From IMG/VR virus record IMGVR_UViG_3300044723_007969: a stretch of 64,000 bases of DNA, one strand, 5' to 3'. Positions 19,802-29,371 of the stretch are shown piece by piece; positions within the stretch are counted from its first letter, which is position 1, and every line of letters starts with the position of its first letter. The stretch comes from a virus. Taxonomy: Duplodnaviria; Caudoviricetes. The notes beneath the pieces were generated by a model. The model saw only the letters and a list, made by a program, of their open reading frames with translations, was not told the origin of the DNA and did not search any database. A program made the translations under genes and the position numbers.

Positions 19802-20407
19802 TTATTTCCTTTTTGGGTCTGGGTGTGGGTTGGTTGATTTACTGAAAGGACTTGGTGTTCCTTTTTCCTCTATGTGGCTCTGTACGCCAGTGTCTTGTCC
19901 ACCCTTTGGATGGTCTTTGTGTTCTTCTCTGTCTTTTAATAATTCTTTTAACAATCCCATGTTTGCTTTTGTTGAATGGAATTCTTCACCTTTAACTTTT
20001 GGTGCGTCCTTGTATTCAATGTCCATCAGTTTATTAGCATACTCAGATTTTTTAGCAACCTGCATGTCATCTTGATATTGTTCTGTGGGCTCGTCTGGTT
20101 TTTTCACAACCATGTGAGATGCTGGAACTCTTAAAATGTCTGAAAGGTATTCTTTCATCACATTTGATGATGCTGGGTAATTTGTTGTCACGTCGAAGAT
20201 TGTAACCTGCTCGTTGCTTAAGGCAGGAAAATCAAGTGGCAGTGTCATGATAGGTGTTTTCTTACCTGCTGACATGTTTGCAACTTCAAACTTCGCAAGT
20301 GCTGATTCTAGTTTAGAAGCGAAATCGTCTGCTAACGTGCCTGCTACCTTTATTTTGTAGTCATACGACTTTGCTGATTCTGTTAGATAGTCTTTAAACG
20401 TGCTCAT
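19802..20407 (-). CDS. hypothetical protein with T4-type capsid-targeting-like N-terminus
   Basis: Starts MSTFKDYLTE-S; late promoter upstream. Confidence 0.65.
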   Translation of the reverse strand: MSTFKDYLTESAKSYDYKIKVAGTLADDFASKLESALAKFEVANMSAGKKTPIMTLPLDFPALSNEQVTIFDVTTNYPASSNVMKEYLSDILRVPASHMVVKKPDEPTEQYQDDMQVAKKSEYANKLMDIEYKDAPKVKGEEFHSTKANMGLLKELLKDREEHKDHPKGGQDTGVQSHIEEKGTPSPFSKSTNPHPDPKRK

Positions 20408-20416
20408 ATGCAATAT

Positions 20417-20941
20417 TTAGTCTTTTTTCAGTAGTTTCTTCATCAATTCGTTACGGTCAGATATGACGAATCCGTCGCTTTCCTCTATAGGACCGCCGTC
20501 TTTGTTGCCGTCCTTGTCCAGTTTCATTTTCTTCAACTGTAATTCCACCATTTTGAGTTTTTTGTCTATTTTTGAACCTTTTGCATCTATGGCATTACGT
20601 AGGAAATTACTTGCAACCTCAAATATACGTCCTGAATAACGTGAGTCAACGTTCATGCCCAAGTCCATTAAGTTTTTGTAGCTCTCTTCGGACTCTATGG
20701 CCAGTTTGTCCAACTCTAGATCAGACAGCTCTCCCAGTCCTTTTACCTGTGGCAGTGCGGCCGCAATCTTGTCAAACTCTGCGTAACTTTTTTGTAGGTT
20801 CTTTGCTGTCTCAGGATCTACATTTTTCATTACATTTTTAGTTTGATCCTTGTTGGCACGGGCCTGTTCTTTCTTATCTACCTCTTTGAACGCTTCTTTT
20901 ACGTTTGGTAAATTAAGAATATCTTCTAATTTTTTTGTCAT
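20417..20941 (-). CDS. putative terminase small subunit (gp16-like)
   Basis: Helical protein of suitable size (174 aa), RIFEVA, ending DRNELMKKL; positioned upstream of gp17. Confidence 0.55.
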   Translation of the reverse strand: MTKKLEDILNLPNVKEAFKEVDKKEQARANKDQTKNVMKNVDPETAKNLQKSYAEFDKIAAALPQVKGLGELSDLELDKLAIESEESYKNLMDLGMNVDSRYSGRIFEVASNFLRNAIDAKGSKIDKKLKMVELQLKKMKLDKDGNKDGGPIEESDGFVISDRNELMKKLLKKD

Positions 20942-20949
20942 CGTCGTAT

Positions 20950-21390
20950 TTACTTACGTTTACCGTTGTGGAATAGTTGTTCTTCTGACACTACCCTAAA
21001 TCTAATTTTTCTTTGTTTTGCAAATGCATTCGCGGCCTCCCATTTAGCCATGTTTATTACAACCTGTTTTTTCTTTGCTTGGCTCTTTCCTGCGGATTCC
21101 ATGTTGGTCTGGCTCATGGGTTTTACTTCCACCATCTCTGCGTGTTTCCTACCGTTCTTGTCTTGATACACAATAAAGAAGTCTGGAACGTATACTGTGT
21201 ACTTTCCCGTGAAAGGGTGTCTGTACGGAATCTTTATACTTTCGCTCGCCCACTGGTACACATTAGGATGTTCATCACACAGTCTCATAAATGCGTGTTC
21301 CCAACTGCTTCTGTATGTAGGAGTTTTTGTTCCAACATACTTGTCGCCATTTTTTGGAGAGAACTTACCTCTTGCAAATCGGGGTAACAT
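20950..21390 (-). CDS. gp4: head completion nuclease (gp4-like, TnsA-type)
   Basis: G.FSPKN..KYVG, YRSSWE, WASE, Y.PDF and EVKP motifs. Confidence 0.9.
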   Translation of the reverse strand: MLPRFARGKFSPKNGDKYVGTKTPTYRSSWEHAFMRLCDEHPNVYQWASESIKIPYRHPFTGKYTVYVPDFFIVYQDKNGRKHAEMVEVKPMSQTNMESAGKSQAKKKQVVINMAKWEAANAFAKQRKIRFRVVSEEQLFHNGKRK

Positions 21391-21767
21391 TAGTCTATGA
21401 TGTTTCTAGATACAGTTTCTTTTGTTGTAAGCGTTTGTCTGACCCCTAACCTACTAGACTTGTATCTGTTGGCATTTAATATTATGGTTATCAGTTCTGA
21501 AAGCAAAGATGGCTTTGCTTTGGTCAGTTGGTCTAATATCTCTTGTGGCTTGATGTTGTCTATCTTTGCCTGTGTAAGGATTACATATGCTGTGGACTCT
21601 GCAGACGTTCTAGTGAATCCTCTCTTGACAAAAAAAGCGACGGTGCTGTCATACTCTCCAACATTGAACTGATATTCCGACTCGTAGTTTTCAGTTGTTA
21701 ATTTATCTATTGACTTTTGTAGTCGGTCTTTATCTTTAGGTGGTAAGTTAGTATAAAAATCTGCCAT
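21390..21767 (-). CDS. hypothetical protein
   Basis: 125-aa ORF abutting both neighbours. Confidence 0.65.
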   Translation of the reverse strand: MADFYTNLPPKDKDRLQKSIDKLTTENYESEYQFNVGEYDSTVAFFVKRGFTRTSAESTAYVILTQAKIDNIKPQEILDQLTKAKPSLLSELITIILNANRYKSSRLGVRQTLTTKETVSRNIID

Positions 21768-23158
21768 TATAAAGTTGCTTTCTCTGTTGCTATCTCAACA
21801 TCTTGTCCTTGTCTTGATACTTTTATATATCCTTCTGTGACCAACTTTCTAACATCTGTTATGGACTTACTGGTGTACACATTCTTCACACTGTCTGAGG
21901 CCGCTTCATATTCTATGTTCGACTCCGCCGGTGTCAGACCTTTCCTTGAACCAATGTCCTTGAAGTATATGCCTGCCGCTATTTCATCCTTGGCCTCACT
22001 ATCGTTGGATATAAGGTTAAACACCTCATCTGGACCTAGGAAGTTTACAGTATCCAGTCCTGATCCATTTGAAAGCACCGTATTATTTTGATTAGTTTTG
22101 TTGTCACTTGTACCTTTGGCACTCGCTATAACAGTTCCAGCGGCTACTACCGCACCAACAGAAAACGCTCCTATGGGGTTGTCTATTGATCCTGCTTGTT
22201 TTCCTATTTCAAGTACTCCCTGCTTTGCTATGCCTTTCAGTTCTGCTTTGATATCTTTTTTCTTTATTTTTTTAGCATTGTTGTAGGTGTTTGATGCTGA
22301 TAGTATGGCACCTAGTACGTTACCATTTTGAACATTTCTCATTACGGATCCTATGCCGTCTATTACGCCGCCTCGGCCGAATATAGAATTTGTTCCGCCA
22401 CCCAATACTGAAAGTGGTGATGGTTCGTTGTCGTATCTCACTGTTGCAAAACCAGGAACAGTATTTTTATTGACTATTCCGGATTTGTAAATTACAGTTT
22501 CGTATAGTATCTGCATTGTGTTGGCTAAAACACCCTGCCCATCTGCTTGATCTAGATTGTCATGTGAAAAGGACCCTATCACAGGGTTGACCAAAGTCAT
22601 GGAAGTGAATCTCTGTTTGTGTAGGACAAATATCTGTATGCCTTTAAGGTACGGAGACTTTCTCGATCTTGGTGTGTCCATACCAAACTTGTTGATAGAT
22701 TTTGTATCAATACTATCGTATGCATCATCCTTGGTGTTGGATATCTGTAAGTCGCTACTCATTGATACTGAATCTGCTATCTGGTGTTCGTAGTACTTTT
22801 TCCAGAAGGCGTTGACAGTGTCTGCGTGATCGTCATGGAATGTTATGTTTACTGGTTCGTAAGCGATTCTAGTTGCATTGTACATCTTCTTGTTGTACTG
22901 AGTCTTCTCTTCGTAACTCAAATTGTACTTTGGCAGATCACATGTCTTGACCAACATGTTCAGTTCGTATCTTTCCTCTGGACTGAATGCACCCACATGT
23001 TGAGACTCATCTAGGTCAAAAACCACGTGGAACAGAAATTTCTGTTTTGGCATCAATTGATAGTTGTTATCAACATACAATCTAGATGCGTGTCTGTAGT
23101 CTTTCATTCCTGGAAGACCGTCCTGGAAACCTTTTAGGAAGTCATTTATCTTTGGCAT
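21767..23158 (-). CDS. tail-tube-fold protein (baseplate/tube initiator, gp48/gp54-like)
   Basis: LVKTCDLPKY...YEPVNITFHDD...FWKKYY resembles the adjacent tube protein; start ATG 23158. Confidence 0.6.
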   Translation of the reverse strand: MPKINDFLKGFQDGLPGMKDYRHASRLYVDNNYQLMPKQKFLFHVVFDLDESQHVGAFSPEERYELNMLVKTCDLPKYNLSYEEKTQYNKKMYNATRIAYEPVNITFHDDHADTVNAFWKKYYEHQIADSVSMSSDLQISNTKDDAYDSIDTKSINKFGMDTPRSRKSPYLKGIQIFVLHKQRFTSMTLVNPVIGSFSHDNLDQADGQGVLANTMQILYETVIYKSGIVNKNTVPGFATVRYDNEPSPLSVLGGGTNSIFGRGGVIDGIGSVMRNVQNGNVLGAILSASNTYNNAKKIKKKDIKAELKGIAKQGVLEIGKQAGSIDNPIGAFSVGAVVAAGTVIASAKGTSDNKTNQNNTVLSNGSGLDTVNFLGPDEVFNLISNDSEAKDEIAAGIYFKDIGSRKGLTPAESNIEYEAASDSVKNVYTSKSITDVRKLVTEGYIKVSRQGQDVEIATEKATL

Positions 23159-23176
23159 ACTGTTATTTATAGTCAC

Positions 23177-23204
23177 AAAAAAAGCGCCTATAAAGACGCT
23201 TTTT
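23177..23204 (-). terminator. intrinsic terminator after the tail tube gene
   Basis: AGCGTCT-TTAT-AGGCGCT stem-loop followed by a U tract on the minus strand. Confidence 0.75.
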
Positions 23205-23233
23205 ATGTATAATTGTTAACTTAATTTTGTGTA

Positions 23234-23860
23234 TTACTGTCCACCACCAGTACTTAAAGTACCGATCGTTCTTGCAACTGCTGTTCCAATACCTGTTCCT
23301 TGTGGAGTTTGGATACAGTTGTCATATCTAATTGACATCGTGATCGTAGCCGGTTCTGAAGTTTGGTATGCTAGTGAGTTGTAGTTCACGTTCTCAACAT
23401 ATGCACCGTATAGTTCAAATGTTTCTAACACATTTGGTGCACTCGCTCCGTTACCACCGTCTAGCATTTCAATCCTAGTTGTGAATTTGTAATCAATACC
23501 TGATGCCGCACTTGCTTGTTCAAAGAAGTCGAACTGTTTCTGGATCTGTTCACCAACCAGTTTAGTAACTGAGTTGTTGACATCATCTCTCAAAGTGATC
23601 GTGATCGGTTCCCAAGTGTGTTTACCAGCAGTGTAAACTTTTGAGTTGTACACATCTAGTGTTACTGTGTCAAAAGTTAGATTTGGTCTTGTTATGTCCG
23701 CCACTTGTTTTGTAAGTTCTGATCTCGGTGTTGATACTCCAAAATTCTCCAGGATCGCTCTAAAACGATATTGCAGTTTCGGCATCAACAAGCCTTGTGA
23801 TGCACTACTCTGGTCGTTTGCTAAAGGTACTGTAAATTTTGATAATGTTGATATTGCCAT
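23234..23860 (-). CDS. gp19: tail tube protein
   Basis: PKLQYRFR, AGKHTWEPITITLRDD and ETFELYGAY motifs; follows the sheath gene. Confidence 0.9.
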   Translation of the reverse strand: MAISTLSKFTVPLANDQSSASQGLLMPKLQYRFRAILENFGVSTPRSELTKQVADITRPNLTFDTVTLDVYNSKVYTAGKHTWEPITITLRDDVNNSVTKLVGEQIQKQFDFFEQASAASGIDYKFTTRIEMLDGGNGASAPNVLETFELYGAYVENVNYNSLAYQTSEPATITMSIRYDNCIQTPQGTGIGTAVARTIGTLSTGGGQ

Positions 23861-23883
23861 GTGTTTCTCCTATTTATCGAAAA

Positions 23884-26800
23884 TTAGTTCCCTAATTTTG
23901 CAATTTCTCCTGTGTTTTTGATTCTTAATGGTATGTAAATGAACTCAACTGATTTGATTGGTTCAATTGCTATATCCACATACAATTCGTTTCTGTCAAT
24001 CCTTGTAGGTGTGTTGTTTGTGTCATCACATACTACTAGGAAATCATATAACGCTCTTTGTCCAACAAGTTCTAACATGAAAGACTCGATCGCACCCTTG
24101 ATCTCATTCCTTGTTAGTTCATCATTTGGTTCAAATATGAACGGTTTAGCAATGGCATCCAGTTGTGATCTTAGATACACTGCTAGTCTAGAAACGTTTA
24201 TTCTGTCTAACGCCGAACTTGCTGATGTCTTAGTTAAGTTACCGAAGTTAACAATACCTGCTCCTGAGAAGAACGTGATTGGGTTTACTTTAACTTCATG
24301 CATAGAATCTCTCACTGACTCCGTAACAGATATTGTCTGGAACTCTCCTGACGCTGTGTCAATGTAACCAACTGCTGTTGCGTTGTCAACGATACCTCTT
24401 CTTGTTCCTGATGGTGCGAACCATGGGAAAGCGATGTTATCATTGTTTGCCAGTGTTCTCATCATCATGTGTGATGGTGGAACGACAATCGTTTTACCTG
24501 TGTTGTCAGTTGTTGATCCTGATGGATAAAACACACCCAAGTAATCACTTGCACTTACAAGTCCGTCTTCACCGTTGTCCAGTGCCGCCGCCGAGTTGTT
24601 AGCCCAATCCTGTATCTTAGTTGATGTGCCCTCTAATCTCATTGGGGTGTCACCTACTATAAATGCAGTGTTGTTTCTGTCTGTGTTTAAGTTAATCATG
24701 TTTGAAATCAACTCTGGATAACCAGGTGTGGCAATAACATTGTAGCCTCTTTGGTCTTCTCTGATTGCTTGGTTGGTGTCGATCTCTGATTTCAGTTGTT
24801 CAACAATCACTTTTCTCTGTGCTTTTCTACCGAATGTACCGGACCCGTCAGCGTTGTTGCTTGATTTAGTCACCCATCTGTCTGGGAAGTATGTAGCAAC
24901 AGATTCATTGTTTGATGTTCTGATGTTACCTAAGCCTGCTGATCCTGAACCAGGATATTTCGTAGTTGTGATGTAGTTGTTTTTGTATTCTTTAACATTG
25001 TAACCAGATCTTCTTGTGTTCCAAAGCATTATACCTTGTGGGTATAGGTCTGGGTTAGGAGCATCTGGGTCTAGGAAGCCATCGCTCAATAAACTTTTAA
25101 TTGTGCTGAATGTTCCTGCACCGCCTGTTGACAATGAATCTGCCTTGTCGGCCGCTGTGTGTAATCTAGCATCAGCAAAAACAATACCGTCTTCTGTTGT
25201 TTGGTCTGATTTGTCAACTAGTTCCCACGCCGCGCCTGTCGTAGTTACTGCTACTTGGTTCGCTGTGTTTGTAGAACTCAAAGTTGCTGATGTGTTATAT
25301 TTGTAAAGTTTTGGATAGTTTTCTAAGTCACTAGTGTCAATCCATAAGTCGTTAGTTACAAGTGCAGTACCATCTGACTGTGTAGTCGGTGCTGTTGCAC
25401 TGAATTGTGGACCTTCTGGATCTGTGCTTGAGTATGCTGTTGCGTATCCAACCCAAGTTGTACCATTGTGTGCCATGATGTCTGCTTCGTCTGTAGAAGT
25501 GTCATACCATAATGTTCCATCTGCTGGCTCATTAGTTGGTGCACTTGTTGAAGCAGTGTAACTTAATCTTTTCCAGTTACTTGCTATGATACCTGTGTTA
25601 GCACTTGAGTCAATGCTGTCACCTGTTGGTATGTCATACAAGTTGTCAAGTAATGTTGCACTGTTGTTTGTGAATGTTCCATAAGCGTGAGCAGTTGTTT
25701 GACTGAATCCTGCATCTGCTAATGGTGTTCCTGATGTGTCAACCATCCTGAATTCACCACCTAGTTTGTGTGTCATAACAATCGCACCTGCAGTTGTCTT
25801 ACTTGCTGAAACGTTTGTTAATGCCGCACCGTTCACTGCCGCAATAAAGGCATCAGCATCAGTACCACCTAGCGTTACTGTTACTGCTGTACTCAATGCT
25901 TCTTGGTTCTTCACTGATTCCTGTATTGAGAAAGTTTCTGAACTTGTGAAAGTTGGGGAAGTAACGTTACTAGTAATTGTAGTAGCACCACCTTCATATC
26001 TGAACAGTTGGAAGTCACCAACGTTTGGAGTAGCATCTGTGGCATCTGCCGCTGTCATTGACTCTTCAGTTATGTTGTATTGTGCGTATATTGTTCCAAC
26101 TGTTAAACTTGAACCACCGTTTGCCGCATCTAGGTTGAAAATCGCTGATGTATGGTTGGCGTATAATGGACTAGCAACTGTTGAGAAACTAGCGTTTGAT
26201 GAACTGTAAATCTTAGTAACAAGACTTGCTCCTGAGTTTGCAGAAGTTGTCTTGAACCAAACTGAACCGTTAGGTCTGTTCTCGTCTGCAGTCTTCCAAG
26301 TTGGTCTGTTTGTGTGTTTGTCCTGTAAGAATTGAACACCGTTTAACACAGTGTTTGAAGTTATTCCTAAGTCCGCTACTAATGTTCCATTTCCTTCTTC
26401 AAATCTTATTGTGTTAGTACCACCTGTTGAGTCGCCTAGTGCCTTACCGTTGTGGAAGATTTCTAAGTTACCTGTTGTAGCATTTACACTTGCAGTAACG
26501 TTGGTTACATTTGAACCAATCGCCGCCGCAACGTTTGCCAGTGTTGTACCACTTGTTGTCACGGTAGTACCGTTGATATCCATTGTGTGGCCACTTGTCA
26601 CTGTTGTTCCTGAAGCAACCGTCACCACTGGGAGTGATGTGTTCCATGCTTCTGATCCAACCTGTACCCAAGTGTTACTTGCAGTTTTTTTGTAGATCTT
26701 GTTTGAAACGTGTGTTGTGTTGATTGCGTAATCACCAATTACACCGATTGAAGTTTTTGGTGCACCAGTTGAGACACCGCCAACTAGGTCACTTGTTGAA

Positions 26801-27294
26801 GTGATAAGTGTTGGAGTAACTGTTGTGAATGCTTGATTAGTCTTTGACCATTCAAATAAACCAAAACTGCTTGTTGCAAGGTCAAACCAGTATGTTCCAT
26901 CTGTTGGTGCCGCTGTCGGTGCCGAAGCACTTCCAATTAAACCGTTTGTGTCAACGTTAGCTCTTAGCACATATGCTCTGTTGGCAACTCCTAAGAAACT
27001 GTACGCCGCTTGTAGACCCCATTCATTTAATTCATAACCGTGTAATGAATTTCCTGATGCGTCTGTGTAGAATTTTGGATCTCCAAAAGTCTCTGTTAAT
27101 TCTCTTTGAGAAGAAATCAAATATGCAGTGTTGGCATTTGATGTCTGTGTTCCAGACGCTGTGCCGTCACCTGCTCCGTTCTTCTTATCTTGTGCTGATG
27201 CTACTATGAATAGTGGTGTCGTACCCGCATCTGATGGTACATAGAAACTTTCGTTTATTACACTAACTTCTACTCCTGGTGATGTTAAAGCCAT
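23884..27294 (-). CDS. gp18: tail sheath protein (enlarged, 1136 aa)
   Basis: SPGVEVSVINES N-terminus; PWFAPSGTRRG, DRINVSRL, FEPND and EFIYIP C-terminal motifs. Confidence 0.95.
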   Translation of the reverse strand: MALTSPGVEVSVINESFYVPSDAGTTPLFIVASAQDKKNGAGDGTASGTQTSNANTAYLISSQRELTETFGDPKFYTDASGNSLHGYELNEWGLQAAYSFLGVANRAYVLRANVDTNGLIGSASAPTAAPTDGTYWFDLATSSFGLFEWSKTNQAFTTVTPTLITSTSDLVGGVSTGAPKTSIGVIGDYAINTTHVSNKIYKKTASNTWVQVGSEAWNTSLPVVTVASGTTVTSGHTMDINGTTVTTSGTTLANVAAAIGSNVTNVTASVNATTGNLEIFHNGKALGDSTGGTNTIRFEEGNGTLVADLGITSNTVLNGVQFLQDKHTNRPTWKTADENRPNGSVWFKTTSANSGASLVTKIYSSSNASFSTVASPLYANHTSAIFNLDAANGGSSLTVGTIYAQYNITEESMTAADATDATPNVGDFQLFRYEGGATTITSNVTSPTFTSSETFSIQESVKNQEALSTAVTVTLGGTDADAFIAAVNGAALTNVSASKTTAGAIVMTHKLGGEFRMVDTSGTPLADAGFSQTTAHAYGTFTNNSATLLDNLYDIPTGDSIDSSANTGIIASNWKRLSYTASTSAPTNEPADGTLWYDTSTDEADIMAHNGTTWVGYATAYSSTDPEGPQFSATAPTTQSDGTALVTNDLWIDTSDLENYPKLYKYNTSATLSSTNTANQVAVTTTGAAWELVDKSDQTTEDGIVFADARLHTAADKADSLSTGGAGTFSTIKSLLSDGFLDPDAPNPDLYPQGIMLWNTRRSGYNVKEYKNNYITTTKYPGSGSAGLGNIRTSNNESVATYFPDRWVTKSSNNADGSGTFGRKAQRKVIVEQLKSEIDTNQAIREDQRGYNVIATPGYPELISNMINLNTDRNNTAFIVGDTPMRLEGTSTKIQDWANNSAAALDNGEDGLVSASDYLGVFYPSGSTTDNTGKTIVVPPSHMMMRTLANNDNIAFPWFAPSGTRRGIVDNATAVGYIDTASGEFQTISVTESVRDSMHEVKVNPITFFSGAGIVNFGNLTKTSASSALDRINVSRLAVYLRSQLDAIAKPFIFEPNDELTRNEIKGAIESFMLELVGQRALYDFLVVCDDTNNTPTRIDRNELYVDIAIEPIKSVEFIYIPLRIKNTGEIAKLGN

Positions 27295-27412
27295 TTTTCG
27301 TATTCTCCTTGCAAGTTGTACGTATATACTAGAACTATTTATTCAATCATACGGTTTTTACGACAATTCTTACCATTTTCGTGGTGCCTATATAGGCGAC
27401 TTAAATACGTGT

Positions 27413-27772
27413 ATGCAGTATAAAAACAGACCATTGTGCAAAGAGTGTAAAGCAAAGCCGCGGGCCTATGCTTATCGCAAAGGGTCAACCGTGTATTGGC
27501 GTAGCCTGTGTGACACGTGTAATCGTAAAAAACACAACAAGAAGATAGGTGGGGTCACTGCATTACAGCGTTCAGGTTACAAAAAGAAACGTAAGTGTGA
27601 ACTGTGTGGATTCAAAGCACAAAATCAAACACAATTGGATGTGTATTTTATTGATGGGGATCTACGTAATACTGCTACTTCTAATCTAAAAACAGTTTGT
27701 GCCAATTGCCAGAGGTTGCAAGGGGTCAGACGTCTTGGCTGGAGAATGGGAGATCTTGTCGCTGACGATTAG
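27413..27772 (+). CDS. zinc-finger / degenerate HNH protein
   Basis: Four CxxC pairs; LDVYFIDGD..N...NLKTVCANC. Confidence 0.7.
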   Translation: MQYKNRPLCKECKAKPRAYAYRKGSTVYWRSLCDTCNRKKHNKKIGGVTALQRSGYKKKRKCELCGFKAQNQTQLDVYFIDGDLRNTATSNLKTVCANCQRLQGVRRLGWRMGDLVADD

Positions 27773-28339
27773 GTTGTCTATTTTTGCGTATAATTCTTCT
27801 TTTGTGCTATTGTTTTCAATGACGTAATCAAACTCTTCTTTTGCCCATGCATATTCAGAAGAATGTATGCCCTTGGGTTCTATATTGCCTTCTGTATAAT
27901 TGACAAACCAGTCAGGATCTTGTCCTCTTTTTACGAGTATTATTTTGCCACCCTGTTCCCTTATCTGTTTTACTTCGTTGGGAAATCTTGTGTCTGCTAT
28001 GACTGTATTTTGTCCTTTGTATCTACCTATACAACTGTCAACCCAAATTCCGTCATACATTTGACCACGCATTACTTCTGTGCCGAAAAACTGTAACACC
28101 CATCTTGGTGTGGTGGGTTTCCCAAACTTTTCACTCCAAAATTTGTCTGGCTGTTCTCTCCAGTGTCTACTGGATTCCGTGTCTCCTTCAAGCATAGCTC
28201 TATCCCAATTGAACATGGATGCGACAGCGTCTTTCAAACTTTTAGCAAAACTGTCTTTTTGATATCCGTGTTTTTCCACGAGTCTGTCAGCGACTGTGCC
28301 TTTGCCAGAACTTATCAAACCTACTATACCTATCAACAT
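27686..28339 (-). CDS. gp1: deoxynucleoside monophosphate kinase
   Basis: GLISSGKGT P-loop, SFAKSLKD, TPRWVLQFFGTE, DTRFPNE and HSSE motifs. Confidence 0.93.
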   Translation of the reverse strand: MLIGIVGLISSGKGTVADRLVEKHGYQKDSFAKSLKDAVASMFNWDRAMLEGDTESSRHWREQPDKFWSEKFGKPTTPRWVLQFFGTEVMRGQMYDGIWVDSCIGRYKGQNTVIADTRFPNEVKQIREQGGKIILVKRGQDPDWFVNYTEGNIEPKGIHSSEYAWAKEEFDYVIENNSTKEELYAKIDNLIVSDKISHSPAKTSDPLQPLAIGTNCF

Positions 28340-28351
28340 AGGTTTATTATA

Positions 28352-28534
28352 CTATTTTTTTAGGCGTTTTTCAATGACTATTTTTGCTTCTTTTACCGCA
28401 CCCAGAATAGATTTACGGATTTCTAGTTTTTTACTTTTCAAAGCACTGATAGACATATTTTCTAGGTCATTAACTATTAGTTCTAGTTCGTCTATATTAC
28501 ATTCTTTATATTTCTTGTATCGAGAATTGTCCAT
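28352..28534 (-). CDS. small hypothetical protein
   Basis: 60 aa; TAAATA 8 nt upstream. Confidence 0.55.
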   Translation of the reverse strand: MDNSRYKKYKECNIDELELIVNDLENMSISALKSKKLEIRKSILGAVKEAKIVIEKRLKK

Positions 28535-28566
28535 GATACTGTTATTTAAAAATATATGATTATGAA

Positions 28567-29328
28567 TTAACCAATAACAAAACTATGTGGTGTTCCGCCC
28601 TCTTGGAAATTACCTATGTCTGCTTCGAGTCTTTCAATTTCTGCTTGACCTTCTTGCTTCAGTGCATCACCGTTCAGTGTTGTTCCACCCTGCGGACCTG
28701 CTATTGTATTGAACTTGCCTCTTGCTTCACCCAACATTATTTTAGACACAGCGAGAGTGTAGTCTCTGATCCACGGTTTTGAATAGATGTCCTTGAACAG
28801 TGTGATGTCAGGTCTGTAGTTGTCTGTGTGCATCAGCACGGTCTCGTCATCTGCCCTAGGTCGTTGTGTGATAGTCAATTTTTTAGTTGCCACGTCAAAA
28901 TGGAACTGTATGAAACTTCCAAACATTTTACCAACCATTTCTTGATACGATGCGAAAGCATAGTAAGTTGCCAATCCACCTGTTGCACCCGCCCTCAGGA
29001 GATAGGTGTTTGTGTACGCTAGGTTGAACGGTTCAAACAATGTTCCGCCCTCGCCACCTTCGGTCCTTGAACCAACTGTTCTTCTGTTCAAGTTTCTCAC
29101 ATTAACTATTTCGTCTGGTAAGATATAACTGTTTTGGTTTTTCTTTAGTTCCAGGAATGCATACGATTCTTCCACAGCATTTGATGATCGCTGTCTGAAT
29201 TTGTTTACTGCTCTTTCCAGTGCCGTTTGATAGTGTTTTGGGTCCAATTCAACATCAATCATCCCGTCACCGAGATTGTTCTTAACGTAATCGAAAATTT
29301 CCTGTTGTCCTGATTGTAGTTCTGACAT
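28567..29328 (-). CDS. gp13: neck protein gp13-like
   Basis: LGDGMIDVELD and WIRDYTLA...RGKF...GPQGGTTLNG motifs; start ATG 29328. Confidence 0.85.
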   Translation of the reverse strand: MSELQSGQQEIFDYVKNNLGDGMIDVELDPKHYQTALERAVNKFRQRSSNAVEESYAFLELKKNQNSYILPDEIVNVRNLNRRTVGSRTEGGEGGTLFEPFNLAYTNTYLLRAGATGGLATYYAFASYQEMVGKMFGSFIQFHFDVATKKLTITQRPRADDETVLMHTDNYRPDITLFKDIYSKPWIRDYTLAVSKIMLGEARGKFNTIAGPQGGTTLNGDALKQEGQAEIERLEADIGNFQEGGTPHSFVIG

Positions 29329-29371
29329 ACTCATATTTATAGTCATTGCCTGTGCAATAAATATGTATGAT

